DNA of 64,000 nucleotides from Gammaproteobacteria bacterium (GTDB lineage: Bacteria; Pseudomonadota; Gammaproteobacteria; SURF-13). This document shows, piece by piece, positions 59,944 to 64,000 of this stretch. Under the pieces are notes generated by a model. That model was not told the origin of the DNA. It did no database searches and saw only the letters and a list, made by a program, of their open reading frames with translations. Each line of letters starts with the position of its first letter. The first letter of the stretch is position 1. The stretch is taken from positions 22,339-86,338 of the forward strand of contig JAUXUQ010000012.1 in NCBI GenBank assembly GCA_030680605.1. The letters are read 5' to 3'. The position numbers and the translations under genes were made by a program.

Positions 59944-60844
59944 TTTCCAGTATAAAGCGCGCGCTGCGCGCCGTTTCGTTGAAGGGTTGCGGCGGCGCGC
60001 GCAGCGCCTTGCCAGTGCGCCACTCGGCGAAACTTGTCAACAGGCCCTGTCCGATTAAATGCTGTACACCCCGGCTGACGCGGCTGTCGGCGCGCCTGGG
60101 CACGGCGAGCACGCCCGTCACGGCGCCAGAACTCAAGGCCTCGTAAATCATGGAGGCGCTGTCCTCCGTGACCCACACTTGCGAGGCGTGCGCGAGCTTT
60201 TCCGGCAACCACTCGGCGCCTGTATCTTGCTGGGCAATGACCTCGACATTATCCAAAGTGAGTTCGCGCAGTCCGTCCAGGGTGGCGTCGGGGGTGCGGC
60301 GCGAGGTCGCAATGCACCAGTATATCCCGCGCTCGCATTCGGCGATGGCGCGCACCTGCTCCAGCACGGATTCATCCGACCAGCCATAGTGTTGCGAAGG
60401 GCCGCCCAGCAGAATCAGACCGCACCGCGTATCCTTCTCGCCCGAAGGACGGATGCGGTTTAGCGCTCCGCGCGTGACCCACACCCGCCCGGAAGGCGCA
60501 ACCGCGTCATGCTGCGGGATAATGCACAGATCAAAGAGACTGAGCGGCAGACTGGGTTTCATGAGCACCACTGCGCGCCCGCCGCGCGCGCGACGGGCGG
60601 CGAGCAGGGTCAGATGCGTGGCGTGCCCCGCGCCCAGCAGCAGATCGGGGTCGGGCAGCCCCTTGGCGGGCAGGAAACGCCCCGCCAGCCCGTACGCCAG
60701 GGCACGCAAGGCAGGCAGTGCCGGCAGGGTGTATGTCGCAACGGGGGCGCATTCTTCCAGGGCCTCCGCCAGACCAAGGCTTTGATTGTCATGGCCGCGC
60801 TTGCCGTCGCTGATGCGCCATACAACAAGTTTCGCCGTGGCCAC
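59924..60844 (-). CDS. ELM1/DUF1022-family putative nucleotide-sugar glycosyltransferase
   Basis: 306 aa. Similarity to the mitochondrial-fission-ELM1-like family found in LPS core loci. Overlaps the GT4 start by about 20 nt. Confidence 0.5.
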   Translation of the reverse strand: MATAKLVVWRISDGKRGHDNQSLGLAEALEECAPVATYTLPALPALRALAYGLAGRFLPAKGLPDPDLLLGAGHATHLTLLAARRARGGRAVVLMKPSLPLSLFDLCIIPQHDAVAPSGRVWVTRGALNRIRPSGEKDTRCGLILLGGPSQHYGWSDESVLEQVRAIAECERGIYWCIATSRRTPDATLDGLRELTLDNVEVIAQQDTGAEWLPEKLAHASQVWVTEDSASMIYEALSSGAVTGVLAVPRRADSRVSRGVQHLIGQGLLTSFAEWRTGKALRAPPQPFNETARSARFILETWFPGR

Positions 60845-60853
60845 CCCCCTAAA

Positions 60854-61072
60854 CTAATCCTTCAGCACGTAATCCGCGCCGCAATACGGACACTTTGCCC
60901 TGCCGGTGGCCTCGATGGCCAGATACACGCGCGGGTGCGAGTTCCACAGGCTCATATTGTCCATCGGGCAGTGCAACGGCAAATCGGCGCGCGTCACGTG
61001 ATAAAGGTTCTGCGCATTGGACTCAGTCTGCTGTGCTTGGCTATTGGGCGGTACGGGCTTGGACACGCTCAT
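60854..61072 (-). CDS. Zinc-finger (zf-CHCC) domain protein
   Basis: 72 aa. HCPMDN...HPRVYLAI...AKCPYCGADYVL fits the C-H-C-C zinc-ribbon pattern. Confidence 0.55.
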   Translation of the reverse strand: MSVSKPVPPNSQAQQTESNAQNLYHVTRADLPLHCPMDNMSLWNSHPRVYLAIEATGRAKCPYCGADYVLKD

Positions 61073-61081
61073 CTCCTTGAT

Positions 61082-62008
61082 TCATGCCACCGGCGTCAGC
61101 CATTCGGGATGCTCCTTGCGCCGCCCGTGCACCTGGTCAAAATACAGCGCTTGCAGGCGCGTGGTGATGGGGCCACGGGTACCGCTGCCGATCTTGCGCC
61201 CATCCAGCTCGCGGATCGGTGTGACTTCCGCCGCCGTGCCGGTGAAAAAGGCTTCATCGGCAATATACACCTCGTCGCGCGTGATGCGCTTTTCGCGCAC
61301 CTCGATGCCGAGTTCCGCAGCCAGCTTGAAAATGGTATCGCGGGTAATGCCGTCCAGCGCGGAGGTCAAATCGGGTGTGCAGAGCACACCGTCGCGCACG
61401 ATGAAGATATTCTCGCCGCTGCCTTCGGCCACGTAGCCGTCCACGTCCAGCAGCAACGCCTCGTCCACACCACAGGAAAGCGCCTCGCGCAGCGCCATCA
61501 TCGAGTTCATGTAATTGCCGTTGGCCTTGGCCTTGCACATGGTGATATTGACATGATGGCGCGTGAACGATGAGGTCTTGACGCGAATGCCCTTCTCCAT
61601 GCCCTCGGCGCCGAGGTACGAGCCCCACGACCAGGCGGCAACAATGGCATGCACCTTGAGGTTGTCGGCGCGCAGACCCATGCCCTCCGAACCATAAAAA
61701 CACATGGGCCGGATATAGGCAGACTTGAGACCATTTTCGCCCACTGCCGCGCGGCAGGCGTCGGAAAGCGTTTTTTTGTCATAGGGCATCGGCATGCCCA
61801 GAATGTGCGCCGAGCGCAGCAACCGGTCGACGTGCGCCTCCAGCCGGAAGATCGCCGTGCCCTGCACCGCCTCATAGGCGCGGATACCCTCAAACACACC
61901 CATACCATAGTGCAGGGTGTGCGTCAGCACGTGCACTTTCGCCTCGCGCCACGGCACCAAGGTGCCGTCAAACCAAATGACGCCGTCGCGGTCGTCCATC
62001 GTTGTCAT
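61082..62008 (-). CDS. ilvE: Branched-chain-amino-acid aminotransferase
   Basis: 308 aa, full IlvE similarity (class IV PLP fold). Confidence 0.95.
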   Translation of the reverse strand: MTTMDDRDGVIWFDGTLVPWREAKVHVLTHTLHYGMGVFEGIRAYEAVQGTAIFRLEAHVDRLLRSAHILGMPMPYDKKTLSDACRAAVGENGLKSAYIRPMCFYGSEGMGLRADNLKVHAIVAAWSWGSYLGAEGMEKGIRVKTSSFTRHHVNITMCKAKANGNYMNSMMALREALSCGVDEALLLDVDGYVAEGSGENIFIVRDGVLCTPDLTSALDGITRDTIFKLAAELGIEVREKRITRDEVYIADEAFFTGTAAEVTPIRELDGRKIGSGTRGPITTRLQALYFDQVHGRRKEHPEWLTPVA

Positions 62009-62032
62009 GCGTTCTCCTTCAATAAATAATCA

Positions 62033-62058
62033 GTCGGATCCGTTACGCTTGATCCGAC
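62033..62058. repeat. REP-like palindromic element GTCGGATCCGTTACGCTTGATCCGAC (copy 2), overlapping the glnE stop
   Basis: Matches 34446..34471 at 25 of 26 nt. The last six glnE codons (GRSDQA) and the TAA stop lie inside the element. Confidence 0.6.
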
Positions 62059-64000
62059 CTACCACTTTCTTCAAACCATGCGCGCCAGATTTTTATCACG
62101 CCTTTGCGATGGCGGGTAAATTCTTTTGCAGCCACCTGTGCGGGCGCCTCTTGCAGCGCCAGGCGATGCACAGCGCCGATGTAGGCGCGCCACGCCTGCG
62201 TGAGTGTCTCTGCCTGCGCCGCCGTCACTTTCCCGGCCACTGCCAGGCACGCGAGCAGGTCGGCCATGTGCGTCCGGCGCACCAATTCCGGCACCTCATG
62301 CGCATGCAATAGGGCCGCATATTGAACCATAAATTCGATATCGGTGATACCACCGGCATCCTGCTTGAGGTCGAAACGTCCCGCCTCAGTGCTGGCATGC
62401 GCACTACGCATGCGCGCACGCATGGCCGTCACCTCGGTACGCAGATCGGCGCGCGCGCGTGCACGGCCCAGAACTTCCTCCCGCACCGCCGAGAAATGAG
62501 CCGCAATGGCCCCGCCCTGGGCGGGATGCTGTGCCACCACCCGCGCACGCACCAGGGCCTGATGCTCCCAGGTCCAGGCTTGCTGCCGCTGGTAATCCGC
62601 AAATGCCGTCAGGCTCGCCACCAGCAAACCGGATGCGCCGCTGGGCCGCAGGCGCGTATCCACTTCGTACAACACCCCTGCCTGCGTGCGCGTATTGAGC
62701 AGATGGATGATGCGCTGTCCGAGGCGCGCGAAAAACACGGCGTTGTCGAGCGGCTGCGGGCCTGTAGTGCGGGCCTCATCGTCGCCGCTGTCATGCAGGA
62801 AGACGAGATCAAGGTCTGAGGCATAGCTCAGCTCGCGCCCGCCCAGCTTGCCGTAGGCCACGACCGCAAACCCGGCGTCCTTCAGCAGCCCGTTTTCCCG
62901 GTAACGCGGTATGCCATGTTTTGCCCCGAGCTGCCGCCACGCCAGCGCCAGCACTGCCTGCAAAACGGCTTCCGCAATATCGGACAGGTGTGCGCACACG
63001 GCCAGTGCGTCCGGCGCGCGCATAATCTGGGTCGCGGCCACACGCAACATCTGCGCCTGGCGGAAGTGTCGCAGCGCATCCATTTGCTGCTCCAGATCAT
63101 GTGCGGCGGTGGCCTGCAGGCTGCGCTGCAAGTCCTGCGCGAGTGACGCCTGCGCCAGCGGCGCATACAGCGTACGCGGGTCGAGCAGTTCGTCCAGCAG
63201 CAGGGGTTGGCGTGCAAGCAGGGCCGCAATCCACGGGCTGGCCGCGCACAGTTGCACCACCTGCGAAAGCGCGAGCGGATGCTCGGTGAGCAGGGCCAGA
63301 TAGGCCGTGCGGCGTGTTACGGCCTCGACCAGGGTCAGCACGCGCGCCAAGGTGACCGTTGCCTCGACTGCGGCAGGCTGCTGCGTCTGGGCTGCGATGG
63401 CACCTAGGGCCAGCGGCAGCAGCCGATCCATACGGCCACGCCCCTGCGCGCTGAGTGCGCGGCAGGCGTAGACGTCGCGCAACGCCGTAATGCGGCGCCA
63501 GGCCTCTGCCGCATCCGTAAACCCATGTGCATTTAATATGCGCTCTGCCTCAGCCTCATCCGGCGGCGTGAGCCAGAGGCGCGCCAGCTCGGCATCGGCT
63601 GCCTGCTCGGCCGTGGCCTGCGGCGCTGCAAACACCTGCTCAAAATGGCCCTGCACCTGCACCCGGTGCGCCCTTAGCGTCTGCTCGAACGCCACCCAGT
63701 CACCATACCCCATGGCAAAGGCAAGCCGGGCGCGCTCGAAATCGCTTTCCGGCAGGCGGTGCGTCTGCTCGTCGGCAACCTCCTGCAGCCGGTTCTCCGT
63801 CCGGCGCAGAAATTCATATGAAACCGTCAATTCGCGCACCACCTGCTCCGGTAAATAGCCGTGCCCTGCCAGTTGCTCCAGTACCGCGAGCGTGCCACGG
63901 ATTTGCAGGTCCGGGTTGCGTCCGCCGCGGATCAACTGAAACACCTGCGCGATGAATTCAATCTCGCGTATGCCGCCCGGCCCCAGCTTGATATTGTCTT
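62043..64000 (-). CDS. glnE: Bifunctional glutamine synthetase adenylyltransferase / adenylyl-removing enzyme (partial; 5' end beyond the window)
   Basis: Reading frame open to the window end. Contains GGIREIEFIAQVFQLIRGGR and ...YASDLDLVFLHDSGDD... nucleotidyltransferase motifs. Confidence 0.9.
   Translation of the reverse strand, partial: DNIKLGPGGIREIEFIAQVFQLIRGGRNPDLQIRGTLAVLEQLAGHGYLPEQVVRELTVSYEFLRRTENRLQEVADEQTHRLPESDFERARLAFAMGYGDWVAFEQTLRAHRVQVQGHFEQVFAAPQATAEQAADAELARLWLTPPDEAEAERILNAHGFTDAAEAWRRITALRDVYACRALSAQGRGRMDRLLPLALGAIAAQTQQPAAVEATVTLARVLTLVEAVTRRTAYLALLTEHPLALSQVVQLCAASPWIAALLARQPLLLDELLDPRTLYAPLAQASLAQDLQRSLQATAAHDLEQQMDALRHFRQAQMLRVAATQIMRAPDALAVCAHLSDIAEAVLQAVLALAWRQLGAKHGIPRYRENGLLKDAGFAVVAYGKLGGRELSYASDLDLVFLHDSGDDEARTTGPQPLDNAVFFARLGQRIIHLLNTRTQAGVLYEVDTRLRPSGASGLLVASLTAFADYQRQQAWTWEHQALVRARVVAQHPAQGGAIAAHFSAVREEVLGRARARADLRTEVTAMRARMRSAHASTEAGRFDLKQDAGGITDIEFMVQYAALLHAHEVPELVRRTHMADLLACLAVAGKVTAAQAETLTQAWRAYIGAVHRLALQEAPAQVAAKEFTRHRKGVIKIWRAWFEESGRSDQA

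Overview
A 64 kb window from a GC-rich (about 65 percent) gammaproteobacterial chromosome. Most of it is recognisable housekeeping genes, and several blocks keep E. coli-like synteny: dnaQ-rnhA-yafS-gloB-mltD, yejABEF, nudJ-mnmA-hflD, ypjD-yfjD, nrdAB and manC-gmd-fcl. Two ends of the window hold accessory content. Near the left end, a GAF/PAS histidine kinase plus a REC-GGDEF-EAL regulator sit next to an orphan type I secretion ABC/HlyD pair with no substrate or outer membrane component nearby. The right third is a mosaic LPS/glycan island: waaA, lpxL, a GDP-fucose cassette, a putative GT10 fucosyltransferase, an FkbM methyltransferase, three more glycosyltransferases, an IS3 transposase fragment and a degenerate duplicate of the lpxL 3' end. 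The things most worth a second look are these. A short dispersed repeat family has two tandem copies upstream of dnaQ and one copy embedded in-frame inside msrB next to its CxxC motif. A REP-like palindrome occurs twice, and one copy supplies the last codons of glnE. A miniature secretin-like protein and a partner gene are coupled to purB. Two tandem paralogous secreted proteins are inserted into the conserved mnmA-nudJ block. A lower-GC orphan gene sits next to a Sel1-repeat protein. A 27-aa Lys/Ala-rich peptide with a strong Shine-Dalgarno follows nrdB. No CRISPR array, tRNA or rRNA gene, or intact prophage was seen. Coordinates are approximate to within a few nt where starts were refined by hand.
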